NCBI RefSeq assembly: GCF_036321535.1
Contig: NC_087436.1
Coordinates: forward strand, 83,950,001 to 84,014,000
Direction: 5' to 3'
Length of the DNA: 64,000 nt
Source of the DNA: Camelus dromedarius
Taxonomy: Eukaryota
The first letter of the stretch is position 1. Each line of letters opens with the position of its first letter. Positions 26,451 through 38,118 of this stretch are shown here, in pieces. The notes below the pieces were generated by a model. It was not told the DNA's origin. It did no database searches and saw nothing but the letters and a program-made list of their open reading frames with translations. The position numbers and the translations under genes were made by a program.

Positions 26451-26529
26451 ACAGAAAGTCTTTCCGTGCAGAAACTATAATTTATATTCTCAGCACAGCT
26501 TCTCTGATCTCAACACTGTGCATGATGGC

Positions 26530-26569
26530 TGTACTAGCCTGGGTTCTCCAGAGAAACAGAACCAATGGG

Positions 26570-26628
<59 letters not shown>

Positions 26629-27045
26629 AGAGATTTATTATAAGGATTGGCTCACATGGTTATGGAGGCCAGAGTCCACAATCAGCTCTATGCAAGCTGG
26701 AGAGCTAGGAAAGGCAGTGGTGTGATTCAGTTTGAGTCCAAAGGCCAATGAACTGGCGGGCCAGTGCTGTAAGTCCTAGTCTGAGACCAGAAGCTGGAGA
26801 ACCAGGAAGGCAGATGTGTAAGGGCAGGAGAAGATGCATGTCCTGGTTCAAGCCAAATTCACTCTTCCTCCATCTTTTTGTTCTATTCAGGCTGCATTGG
26901 TGAAGGCAGCCTCTACTCAGTCTGCAGATTCAAATGCTGCTATCCTCTGGTGGCACCCTCTTGGACACACCTAGAATTAATGTTTCACCAGCTATCTGGG
27001 TATTTCTTGGCCCAGTCAGGTTGACACATAAAATTAACCATCACA
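26530..27045 (-). mobile_element. MLT2 (ERVL) solo LTR
   Basis: 'gggttctccagagaaacagaaccaat...ttgacacataaaattaaccatcaca'. Confidence 0.9.
26571..26626. repeat. (GATA)14 microsatellite inside MLT2
   Basis: Direct reading. Confidence 0.95.
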
Positions 27046-28879
27046 GTGACCATAAAAACTTTGACAGGGAGGACTTTGGGAAATATTCTGGAGGGTCTTG
27101 TGAGGTGAGGAATATCAGAACATGTATTGCCAAGTGAGGAATATCACCAACATCACTTCATATTAAGGAAGATAGACTAGGCATTCCATCAAGAAGCTAA
27201 GGCAGCTTGTCACCCTGCAGCCACATCTACAGATTTAGGAGCTGATCCTCCCAGGGCTGCTTATTTCCAGTCCCCTTCTCTGGCTCCCTGTAGCCTCAGG
27301 CCCTGTAGCCTGCCCTTTCTTTCCACCTTCACTATCTGACCTTTGGAGGAACAATTTTCTTCCTCTTGTTGGGACTCTGGTCTCTGACTCTTTCTGTCTC
27401 CTGACTAAAAATGCCAGTTGGACTAAAGCTCACACTCTAGCATCTGTTTTGCTACCCCATGCAATTTGGAATTTTTAAAGCAACTGTTGTGGGTTTTTTA
27501 TTTTTTATTTTTAATGCTGAGGACTTTTCAGAACCAACAGAATCAACATGCAGTTGATATCGGATTGACTTGTTCTCAGCACCACCACCTCTCAAAGCAT
27601 ACCTCTCACATTTGCTTTAAAACAGAGACAGCTTTGGTAATTTTTTTCTTATGAATTTCCCTCAAACATTATAAGCCTCTTAGAGAAGATGGGGGCATTT
27701 TTCTCTCACCATTTAAGAATATTTTCAACCCTGATGGTAATGTGCAATTCACTTCTGGTTACTCTGTGATGGGACATGATGCACGTGTATGGTTTATTTC
27801 TTGGGAATTTCATATTTGGAGATATTTAAAGAAGAAGAAGAGCAGAAAGCCTGGAGATCATAGGTGGATTAGAAAAAAGTGCTGATTATTATCCTATTTA
27901 AAAGCTCTGTCACTGTAGGAAAATCTGATGGAGGGAGCACACTTATAGGTCTGTAATGACCCACGTCACAGAGGCCTGGCTCTGGTGCCCTCTCCACCGA
28001 CTGGTGTGTCCAGATTACTTTCTGTCCAAGTGTGTAGGTAACACACTGCAAGCCGAGGGGATAGGACAGTGTAACATTGGCTAATCAGAGTCTGGAATTA
28101 CAGGCATTTTGAAAACATTATTTGCAATTTTCACCCTGATACTGAGGGCTCTTCAATTTTTACAGAATCAAAATGAGCTTTATTATCCTACAGCTGCTCT
28201 GATTGAAGAACCTTCTCTTGTCTCTATTTCTGCTCTCTAATAAATTACCTCTGATTAATCTTGCAGATTTCTATATGAGCAGAAAAAATTGTGTTATCAC
28301 AAAACAAGAAATCAGTTGTGAGTTGTTCATATTAATTGATTAAGCCACCCTATGTCCTTTTTGGAATCATAAGAAGGTAAATATTATAATTTGATGATTA
28401 CATTGCCATTCTAGAGCTGTCAGGAAGTATTTTTTAACTGTAGAAATTTGTGGAACAAAGGTAATAACGTTTGCTTTACAGATAAGAAAAAAATAGCAGA
28501 AGTTATTCCACACAGTAGGAAAACGAAAGGAGTTACATGGCTTCAAAGGATAACAATGCTTTCTTCGATGTTGTTGGTAATAAGAGCAAGATACCTGATG
28601 CTTCATGCTCCAAAGCCTAGCCAGCGGCGGTGCCAGCCTTCCCAGTGAGCCTCTGGCAAGTTACAAGGACAGCAGACAGACAGGCTTGTGGGGGCAGTGG
28701 GCTTAATCACTCCGGCATATATGAACTATAGTAATTAGCATTTCTTGGTTCTTAAAAATGTAAAACCTGCTTGCTATATTTAGCCAAACATCTTTTGACT
28801 GATATCGTAATGAATATTTTGAGGAAAACTGTATTAGTATCTTTTAATGAAGATATATTTGGAGGCATTAGATTTGGTC

Positions 28880-29060
28880 TGATGGAGACTCCTTGTTTTG
28901 GAATTCTTTGTGATCGTGGGCAAGTTAGCTCATCTGAATTGTGCTGAATTGTAAAAAGAGGATAATAAAAGGTAACAACGCAAGGTTGTGTGAATTAAGT
29001 GATCTGAAGTATGTAAACTTCTTGGTTCAGTGTCTAGAATATAGAAAGCAATGAATTCAC
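28880..29060 (+). mobile_element. MIR SINE
   Basis: 'gtgatcgtgggcaagttag...tgtaaaaagaggataata'. Confidence 0.6.
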
Positions 29061-29104
29061 TCAACAGTGTTTACTGGGGACTTATTATGTACAGTCATTG
29101 TTCC

Positions 29105-29315
29105 AGACCTGAACTGTCTAATATGGTAGCCACTGGCCACATGTGGCTATTGAGCACTTGAAAGCCGGCTAGTCCAAACTGAAGTGCGTTGGAAGTAAAA
29201 ACATACATGCTGGATGTCGAAGCTTTGAAACAAATAAACAAACAAAAGAATGTAAACTATCAAGTTAATATTTTCATATTGATTAGACGTTTAAATAATA
29301 TTTTGGATATATAAA
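29105..29315. mobile_element. MER3/MER33-like hAT-Charlie element
   Basis: 'ctgtctaatatggtagccactggccacatgtggctattgagcacttgaaa'. Confidence 0.8.
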
Positions 29316-29404
29316 AACAAACAATAACCAGAAAAAGCCTTCCCTATTATAGAGCTTAGGTATTAAGAAAAGGAGATAGATAATACAAAGTGAACAAATA
29401 AATA

Positions 29405-30045
29405 TGATTGACCTTCATTATTCAAAGTTCTCTATTTGTGAGTTTGCCTACTTGCTAAAATGTATTTGTAAGCCCTGAAATCGATTGTTGCAGCACTTTT
29501 GCAATCATTCACAGACATATACTGTATAGCAGAAAATTTGAGTCGCCTTTTGTGCATGTTCTCAGCTGAAGTCCAACAAGGTGATGATCTTGTTTCTACT
29601 CTGATTCTGTAAACACGTGTCCTTTTCATGGCCTACTTAATGCCATGGTTTTTACAATTTTTATGTGTTTTGAGGGGAGTGATTTTGCTATTTCCAGTGG
29701 CCCCAAGGGTAGTACTGGAATACTGTCTAGTTTTCCTAAGCTTAAGAAAGCTACGATGTGCCTGATGGAGAAAATATGCTTGTTAGATCAGCTTCATTCA
29801 GGCGTGAGCTATAGTGCTGTTGGCTGTGAGTTCAATGTTAACAAATCAACAGTTTGTATTAAATAAGGTGTCTTTGAACAGAAACACACATAAAACAACG
29901 TTCTATATTGATAGGTGATAAAAATGTGTCCTGAGGCTCACAGGAACCTAACCCAAAGTTTCCTTTAGGAGCAATGGTTCTGTCTTTGCTAATTCAGCAG
30001 TCACAGAGAATTTATAGAGCATAGCTGCCATAAATAACAAGTCAT
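29405..30045. mobile_element. TcMar-Tigger element (MER82-like)
   Basis: 'tttgcctacttgctaaaatgtatttgtaa...ctcacaggaacctaaccc...gagcaatggttc'; about 640 bp. Confidence 0.75.
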
Positions 30046-30564
30046 GCAGTGATAAGTGCTGTGTAGACTATAAGGATAGAGAAGGGTAAATGTGATGGGA
30101 GTGGAAGAATCGCTAATTTGGAGAGGACAGTTTCAGGCTATAGAATTTGAGAACAGCAGCAGAAGTTGAACTTGGAGGCATCTGGAAGCCAGATCCTACA
30201 TGCCTGAGGCCATGGGAAAGACTTGAGATTCTATCCCATGTGTGATTGGAAGGCTTTGGAGGATTTCAAAGTGATGATAAGGTCCTATTACATTTTTTTA
30301 TTAATTAATTAATTTTTTTGGAGTACATTTTAAAAGGTCACTTAGGCTTCTGTGAGGAGAATAAGTTGTCAGGGGGAGAAAAAGAGACACATGAGGTAAA
30401 TAAAGCTGTAGTTCAAGTGAGAGGTGGTGTGGTGCCTTGGAGCCCAAACTGGCACTTATCACACTTCAACTCATTGCCTGTCATATTTGCGCAGAGTTTA
30501 AGGCATATTTTGTCTCTTGGTTTCCTGTTGATCCTTTGTCTTAAGTTTTAATACTCTGTGAAGA

Positions 30565-30955
30565 ACCGTTGTGCAGTTACTTGGCTGGAAGTGATCCCGC
30601 GTAGTCGGAGTGAGGCACAGGGACAGTGAGACAGGGTGGGAAGTACAGCCATGCCAGGTGTATCACTGGGCTGGTTCCTGCTATGAGTGACTGGCGCTCA
30701 GGCACCCTGGGGCCCTCCGTGGAACCCTGAGAACGAGCCTTGGGGTTGCAGCTCCTTACCATAGGAGGCTGGGGCAGCCTCCATCCCAACTGACTCAGGA
30801 CTGTCCTTGGGGACATTAACTTTGGGCTGCCCTGAGCAGGCTGAGTGAGCTCCTGGGGCTTCAGGGAAAGCCCCTGGGCCGCACAGTGGAGAGACGCAGT
30901 GAGCACATGAGACGGGATACTGGCAGCAAGTGTGGGGACTGGTCATCTCAGCACA
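30565..30955. mobile_element. Old ERVL solo LTR (LTR16-like)
   Basis: 'ggaagtgatccc...ggacagtgagacagggtgggaag'; GC-richer island. Confidence 0.6.
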
Positions 30956-31269
30956 GCTCAAATTTTAAGTGGGTCAAGGGGAGGGGCCAAGGGACAAACA
31001 AACCTCTGTTCCACCCTCCAATTTCTTGAATTGAACCTTGGCATGCATAGGTCACCTTGGAAACCCATTTAGTACTTTCACTCCCGGGAAACTGGGTTCT
31101 GTACCAGATAAACCCCCGAGACCCTGATACCATCCTCACCCTGCTGCAGTGTGAGCACTGCTTCTTCCAAGACACTCACTTACGTATTTGCTACCATAGC
31201 TGACCCTGATTGGGCATAATGATTTTAACTGCAGGCCAGCTTCTTTGTGCACCAGACCTATTGCTAGGG

Positions 31270-31480
31270 TAGTTCACATGCCAATACTTGCTAGATGCTG
31301 ACATTGTGAGAGCCACATAATCTCTCTAAACCTCATTCTCTTTAATTAAAAAAAGGAATGAAAATAGGACGTCCGTTATAGTATTGTTGTGGGAATTAAA
31401 TGAAGTGATGGAAATAAAGGTCTTAGCTCAGCACCTGGTACGTAGTAAGGCTCAGTGCATGTTAGTGGCTATTGTTATCT
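31270..31480 (+). mobile_element. MIR SINE
   Basis: 'gggaattaaatgaagtgat...gcacctggtacgtagtaaggctcagt'. Confidence 0.7.
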
Positions 31481-32269
31481 CGAATGCCCCTACTTTTTTC
31501 CATTACCATGTTCCACTGAGTTTTTCTCTCCACTGGCCATGTTGTAAAGTTCTGAGTGCTTGCCAATTCTGGGAGTGGTACTGCACTTGGATTTGCAAGT
31601 CTCTAAGGTGAGGATTCTGCTCCTAGTTTCTTCCTGACCAAGAATGTTAATCTTCAAGGACCCTCACCTATGATGCTCTCTCATGAATAAATCCTGAACT
31701 AAATTTCATTTGCCAGTCAGGATGTAGTCTATTTTATTTATAGATTTCTAATTCACATAAAGGATTTTGTCAGATTCTTATTGGTGATTTTTTTAATCAA
31801 GTTGGAGTGGTCGTTGCTATAGTCATTACTTTTACTGTTTCACATTTTAATTTTAATGAACAGTTTGTTTTGTCTTTGATCTTTTTCTTTAAAAGGGACA
31901 AGGAATAGCAGAGAAGGGACTAGTTCGGAGGATAAATAATGGGAGACTGGACGCCTTCTATACTCTGATTATCTCTGCATAGGTCTTTCTACAAACCTAA
32001 CAGAGATTGTCTCAGTCCTCAGTGGAGCCTTGCTCCAAAATTTACTTACTTAGGAAAGATTGATAGAGCAAGTAAAGCTTGTATCAGGATAATTTTGGAG
32101 ACTCAGGCTATATTCCTTCTGCAAGAGAGCCATGATACTAGTTCTAATGAGAATCTGAGAGTATTCCTGGAAAAAAAGCCATGCTTTCTGTGCTAGCTTT
32201 GAGAATGTTTCAGGCTTTTAGGGGATGATTTCCTTGCTGAACTCTTTGACTTCCCTCTGTGGTGAAGCA

Positions 32270-32640
32270 TGCCTAGCATTTGAATGAAAGGAGAGGGGCG
32301 CAAAGATGCATAAAATACAGCTTCTGCTCTCAAGAGGCTTTCAAACTAGAGGGGACAGTTAAGATAAATAGAATGTGGGGTGTTCTGAAAAGGTACAAAA
32401 TATAATGGAGATATTTTTATTTCTGCTATTAGTAGAAGCGGTCATGGGAGAAGTCTCATTTGAGCAGTCTTTGTGGTTGGGTGGGATTTTGGTATAAGGA
32501 GTTACATAAAGTGAAAGGAGACCCATGGGCATTAGAGGGTGAAGAAATAGTCTGAGCAAAAGCAAAGGTATCAGAGGATATTGTGAGTTCAGAAAATGGC
32601 GAATAGACCAACTGCACTGAAATATAAACTGCCTGGGGGT
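32270..32640 (-). mobile_element. L2 fragment
   Basis: 'ctgctctcaagaggctttcaaactagagggg', 'gagcaaaagcaaagg'. Confidence 0.55.
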
Positions 32641-32803
32641 ATCATCTTGAAATTTCTTCCCTTCCATCTTCATGATATCTTTATTTATTGGAAAAGAAGT
32701 GTTAAATATCCTATAGTCCTAAAAAAATAAGCAAAGCATACACTTTATTCTTCAATGTAGATGGCAAAGAAGCATGCTATCACCTAATTTAAAGTACATT
32801 TTC

Positions 32804-32935
32804 AAGGGGGGAAGGATATAGCTGAGTGGAAGAGTGTGTGCTTAGCATGCATGAGGTCCTGGGTTCAATCCCCAGTACCTCTGTTTAAATAAACAAATAA
32901 ACCTGACTACCCCCCCAAAATAAAACAAAAGAAAA
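32804..32935 (+). mobile_element. tRNA-Ala-derived camelid SINE (Vic-1-type), copy 1
   Basis: A-box TAGCTGAGTGG, B-box GGTTCAATCC, A-rich tail; 15-bp TSD at 32789-32803 and 32936-32950 with 2 mismatches. Confidence 0.9.
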
Positions 32936-33199
32936 TTAAAGTATGTTTTCTATTTATATATTCCCTTGACCCTTGTATTTTGCAGGCTGGGCAGAATTTT
33001 TTTCATGTATTTGGCCTTTCTGAAATTTTTAATAATATTCGTGGTGTACTTTCATTGAGTGGAAGGGTAGGAATGTTTAATATTAAAGCTAAGTTCTATA
33101 AATGGCTTCTGAAATGAAAAATCACAGGCAATTGATTGATTAATGATCTACTTATTCTTCAATTTCCTACCCAAATTTATTGAGACACATTCTCATTAG

Positions 33200-33380
33200 T
33201 AACATTGCAGTATGAAAATTCAATCAGCTTGGATTAAATTCTACCTCTGCTATTCACCAGATGTATAACCTTGGCCACATTTCTCAATTGCTCTGTGCCT
33301 CTATTTATTTATGTGTAAAATGGGGATGACAAATACAGGGACATGGCAAGAGTTCAGTAGAATCTATTGAATGTTGCTAC
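33200..33380 (+). mobile_element. MIR SINE
   Basis: 'tgtataaccttggcc...ctctgtgcctc...tgtaaaatggggatga'. Confidence 0.75.
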
Positions 33381-34447
33381 TCAGCTGTAAGTCAAATTCA
33401 AAACCACTAGGTGGCTTCCTTTTTGATCAGTTGTGCAAATACTTCAACGTCCCACTGAAAAAGAGACGCATTTTGCCGTGAGGAGACTAGTACAGATGCC
33501 CCTGGGTATGAACATAAGGCAGGGGAGCCTGGCTCCATGGGGCGCTCTGAATGCACTGGGTGGCGCTGTTCCTGATTGCCTTGACCCCGGCATTCTTAAA
33601 GCCGACTCACTGATACCCCTCCAAACACGTCGAAGTGCGTTCTTACCGTACATCTTAGTCCTCTCTGACTTTTTTGGTTTTTAATATAGTTTCCCCATCT
33701 CAGAGTCCTCACTGTTGCAGCAACCAATACCCGCTGCTTCCCATGCTTGATGTTGTCTGTTGTTCTACCTGGTGGTAACTTTTCTGCTTACAGCAGAGCA
33801 GGAAGCAGATGTGGTTGCAATAGATACAGCTCATTATCTGGCTCAAAATTTGACTTGGCAGCCATTCATCTTGGAGTTGCCAAGTCAAATGTACTACAGT
33901 GTATGTGATCTGATTAAATTAAATACCGAGTTTCCTTTGGCTGACCAGATTTCCTCATTTGGGGCAGCTGGGGCTCCAGGAGACTATGTGGGGCAGCAGA
34001 GACATCAGCATGATCACAGCAGAAGTCTTTTCAGAGTCTCTGTCCCTGCCCTCCAGCTGTCTCCTTCTCAAGTCCGCCTGAAGTTGCTCAGTTAGCCTGT
34101 TCCACACCAAACTCTTCATTTCCTCCTATAGGCTGTGGCTCCTCTCGTTTCTAGCTCTCACCAATAGTCCTCCACCCACAGTTTTAAATCAGAATCTTTG
34201 AAGTCACTCTTGATCCCTCCATCTTCTTTTTTTCTAAATATAATTTGCCACCAAGTTTAGTCTGTCTACTTTCAAAGTCATTCTCCCGTTTCCTCAACTA
34301 TCGCTCCAGTCCCAGTCATAATCAGCTCTTAGCTGGATACTAAAATCACCCCCTAACTGTCCTCCCTATGGTCCTTCTTAACCATCTGTCTCTATCTCCA
34401 ACCCATTTGACACACCACATTGAGTGGTCTTTAAAAAACTCAGTCCT

Positions 34448-34597
34448 GAGGTGAAGGTATAGCTCAGTGGTAGAGTGCATGCTTAGCATGTACGAGGTCC
34501 TGGGTTCAATCCCCAGTGCCTCCACTAATAAATCAATGAACAAATAAATAAATAAATCTAATAACCCCCCAAATTAAAAAAAAAACTTTAAAAAAGT
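34448..34597 (+). mobile_element. tRNA-Ala-derived camelid SINE (Vic-1-type), copy 2
   Basis: Head close to tRNA-Ala(AGC): A-box TAGCTCAGTGG 34460-34470, B-box GGTTCAATCC 34503-34512; (TAAA)n/A tail; TSD-like TTAAAAAA(C)TCAGTC on both sides. Confidence 0.9.
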
Positions 34598-35000
34598 TTA
34601 AAAAATCAGTCTTATCTGGTTCTTCTCCTGCTAAAAGCCCTTTAATAGCTTCACAGTGCATTTAGAATAAAACCCAAATTTCTTACCCTGCAAAACCCTG
34701 TATTACCACCACCTGCCCGTTCCTCCAGTTTCCTCTCCTCCCACTCCCCCCATTGCTCTCCGTCACAGCCGTTCATGTGGTATCTCCTGCAGTTCCTTTA
34801 GCTCAGATCTTCCTTGTCCCCCACCGACCATAAGGTTCTTCCTCCACCTTGAAATAGATGGCTTCTCTGTATCATTCAGGTCTCAGATTAAACATAATCC
34901 GTCATGACTTATTTCACAGTAACCTGTGTTCCCTGTCGTCATTTTTTTCATAGCACCATAGTCCCCCCCCCCCCGCTTTCTTAGTATTTGTTTGTAATTT

Positions 35001-35004
<4 letters not shown>

Positions 35005-35038
<34 letters not shown>
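35005..35038. repeat. (CA)17 microsatellite
   Basis: Direct reading. Confidence 0.95.
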
Positions 35039-35040
<2 letters not shown>

Positions 35041-36265
35041 TATTTTTGCAGTTTACTTGTTTAATAGCTATATCCCATACCAGAGGGTAAAGCCCTTGAG
35101 AGCAAGTACAGAGCCCCTAGGACCGTGCACACATAGGTGCCTTGAGCATTTATTTTCAGTTGATGAATGGATTGGATAGCAATGGGGAGCACTGAATTTT
35201 GAACAGGCGTGGAGCTAGAGGAATGCTCCGCCTCTATTTCACCACACACAGACATCACATTGATCTTTTCTTTGAATCCTTTTGTTTCATTTAACTGAAG
35301 CTTTCTGTCAGTAACAGGAGGGTGAGAGTATTTTCATTTTCACAGTCTTTAAGGAGCAGCATTGCTCCACAGAACTAGCTTAGTGGGGAGGATTGTCTCC
35401 AATGCCGGGATCTGAGTCTACCACTCTCCACGTACCACTCAATCAGGAACAAGTGTCTTTGTCCTCTTGAGAATCACATAGTCGGTGAGCCAAAGTCCTT
35501 CCTTAATGTCTCAGCAATTACTGGGCCCCAATCCTGGGCTCCCCACTGGTGACTTTAGGGTCATAACTTTAGGGCGTCTCAGTACATAAGCTGGTCCTAT
35601 CCAACTGATTTGAGAACTTTTTCCTGTTGGGAGCTCAGGAGAACCTTTTGTTTAGTTTAAGCAGGGACATCCTAAATTTAATAAGATTTAGTTTATAGAG
35701 TTTTGGCACATAATGCTGAATTAATCATCTGAGCCACAGGGACTTAGTTCATAGGATGCTTTAAGTACTCATTTTCCTGCGTCCAATGGACAATAAGTGG
35801 ATACTGGATTGTGCCCAAGAGCAGAAGCAGAGTCTGATACAACATATTTACTTGTCACCTGTCCAGGGCTAGTGTCGCTCATCTATTAAGAATTATACAG
35901 TAAATCACCCAAGCTTCTTGATCTAGGTGTCCTGAGAAACCTGAGAGATTGTTCTCAAAGTGGCCATATTCTGGAAGTTATTCTTGTCAAAAAGATAGAA
36001 ACACAGGTACCAATGATGCAAAGAGAGCAGAACTGAGGGAAAGCCAGACACAAGCTCAATCAATTCAAAGAAGCCAAAGAAATGGAGTCATGCAAATATT
36101 TAAAAAAAAAAAAACTATCCCATGGCCGAAAGTTGCTAATGGAGAGGATGAGTATGTAGTAGCTTAAAAAATTTTTTTGACTGTTGAATGCAAAAATTAT
36201 TGCATTCCTAGGTAGGAAATGCAACAATTTTTAAGGCAATATTTACCTGTAGTGTGAATGAACTT

Positions 36266-36348
36266 TTCCCTTCCCTTCCCTTCCCTTCCTTTCCCTTCCC
36301 TTCCCTTCCATTACTTTCCCTTTCCTTCCTTCCCTTTTCTTTCTTTTC
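36266..36348. repeat. (TTCCC)n polypyrimidine simple repeat
   Basis: Direct reading; degenerates toward its 3' end. Confidence 0.9.
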
Positions 36349-37691
36349 TCCACCCTGAACCCCTCCTTCGCAAAATAGCTGGGCTCAACCTACTGGGTTA
36401 ATTTCTTGACATTTTGATGGGTGTTAACTTGCAGTTACCAAAACAAACAAACAAAAAAACATGGAAGAAAAAAAAGAAGCAACCTACCAGTAAACAAACA
36501 ACCTTTGCTGTGGAACGCGCTGGAGGGTAACGGAGCCTCCCTCACAGTGTAATTGACAATGGTTCTGAACTTAAAGTGAACTTTGAGCAAGCACATCAGC
36601 AAAGACTTAGAATTTCCTGCAAGTAGTTCTACGTGTCCTGAGGCAGGGAGTCTGAATGGTGTGAGAAGAGAGCAGTGTGGATCGCACATTAAGGGATTAA
36701 TAGTGAACACAATAAGGAGGAAAAATGTATTGCACCAGAGCAAGTAGATGAGTGTAAATATCTTCCTTGGTGAGGAGTTAATATCAGAAGCCCATTTATT
36801 CTTTTGTTCGCTAATTCGACCAATTTTTTGAAAGGTTTTGACCCTAGGTGGGAACAAGACACACGTCGTGCCTCTAAGGAATTTATAGTGAATGTATTAT
36901 TTGTGGTTTGATATATATGATATGACAATTAATATATAATAGTATGTAATATAACAATGGGCTGGAAGAAAGAAAAGCACATATAATTCATGTTCTACGT
37001 TCTAGCTTTTGTTGTTTTCAGTTAACCCTTCTTATTAGATGGTTTGAGTCCAGAGACAGAAGTGCTCTGTCTAGATATTTAGATGACGTGGACACCAAGT
37101 CACAATTGTAGTCAAGATGCTGGTAGTTAAGAGTGGAGAGCTCTAGTAAATAAAACCTTTAAAGTAAGGTTAATTTAAAAGTAAATTTCTTTTTTGGAGT
37201 ATTATGTATTCTGCTTGCACATATTAAATACATAATTTTAAAAGACAGTTTTCCTATAAGCTTTTCATACTAGTGTTGAGTTTTACAACACTGTTCAATT
37301 TAGAAATCTGTTAGACATTGCCTTTTATTGATTTTCAATTTGGTCAGTGTCTTGCCTACCCCCAACTAATTACGATCTCTTTAAAGATAGGATTTTATTT
37401 TCACTTTTTACATATTTCTTAAATGAGTTTGGGACACACAACAAACATTAAATAAAATGGTGGGCTCATCAACTGATTACTGTGGAAAATTGTTCCCCTT
37501 CCAGAGGTGAGCCAAGATCTGCATGAACGTAGGGTTAAGAAAATTCCATTTCTTCCTATGACAAATAGTTTCTTTGTTTTCTAAATAATCTGTACCTTGT
37601 TACTGGTTGTTGTTACTGGTGCCGGAACGTACCCTCCAGTTGCTGTAGCTCCCTAGCAGCTGAAGTAGCAAAGAGTGTATGAAGTCTATGG

Positions 37692-38118
37692 TGTGAGGGC
37701 TTTAGAGCTGCCATCGTAAGTTACCACAAACTATGTGCCTTCAACAGTGCACATTTATTTTCTCACAGTTCTAAAAGCTAGCAGTCTGAAACCAAGCTGT
37801 CAGCCGAGTTGGCTTCCTCCGAGGGCAGTGAAGAAGAAATGACTCCCTTCCTGCCTCTTAGCTTCTAGGGGTTCTGTCAGTCTTTGGTGTTCCTTGGCTT
37901 GTGGGTGGCCCTCTTCTCCCTGTGTCTTCATATCATCTTCCCTCTCTGCACGTTTGTCTTTGTGTCCAAATTTCCCCTATTTGTAAGGACACAATCTTAT
38001 CGGGTTAGGGTCCACCCTAACAACCTCATCTTACCTTGATCATCTATAAATAAGATCATATTCACAGTATGGGGTTAGGACTTCACCATCTTTTGTGGGG
38101 CACGAAATAGCCATTTTG
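37692..38118 (-). mobile_element. MaLR solo LTR (MLT1B/C-like)
   Basis: 'ttaccacaaact...tttattttctcacagttct...gtaaggacac...gggttaggacttca'. Confidence 0.8.

Larger units (their letters stand above)
34140..35180 (+). mobile_element. L2, interrupted by the SINE at 34448-34597
   Basis: 'gaagtcactcttgatccctcc', 'tttagaataaaacccaaa', tail 'gttgatgaatggattggat'. Confidence 0.7.

Noticed and set aside
34453..34524. Functional tRNA-Ala(AGC) gene (also near 32810-32882)
   Set aside because: The acceptor stem is disrupted, and the head is followed by an A-rich tail and flanked by TSDs, so it is a SINE head.
35550..35575. Interstitial telomeric repeat (two TTAGGG)
   Set aside because: Only a short local duplication of ACTTTAGGG with a spacer, not an array.
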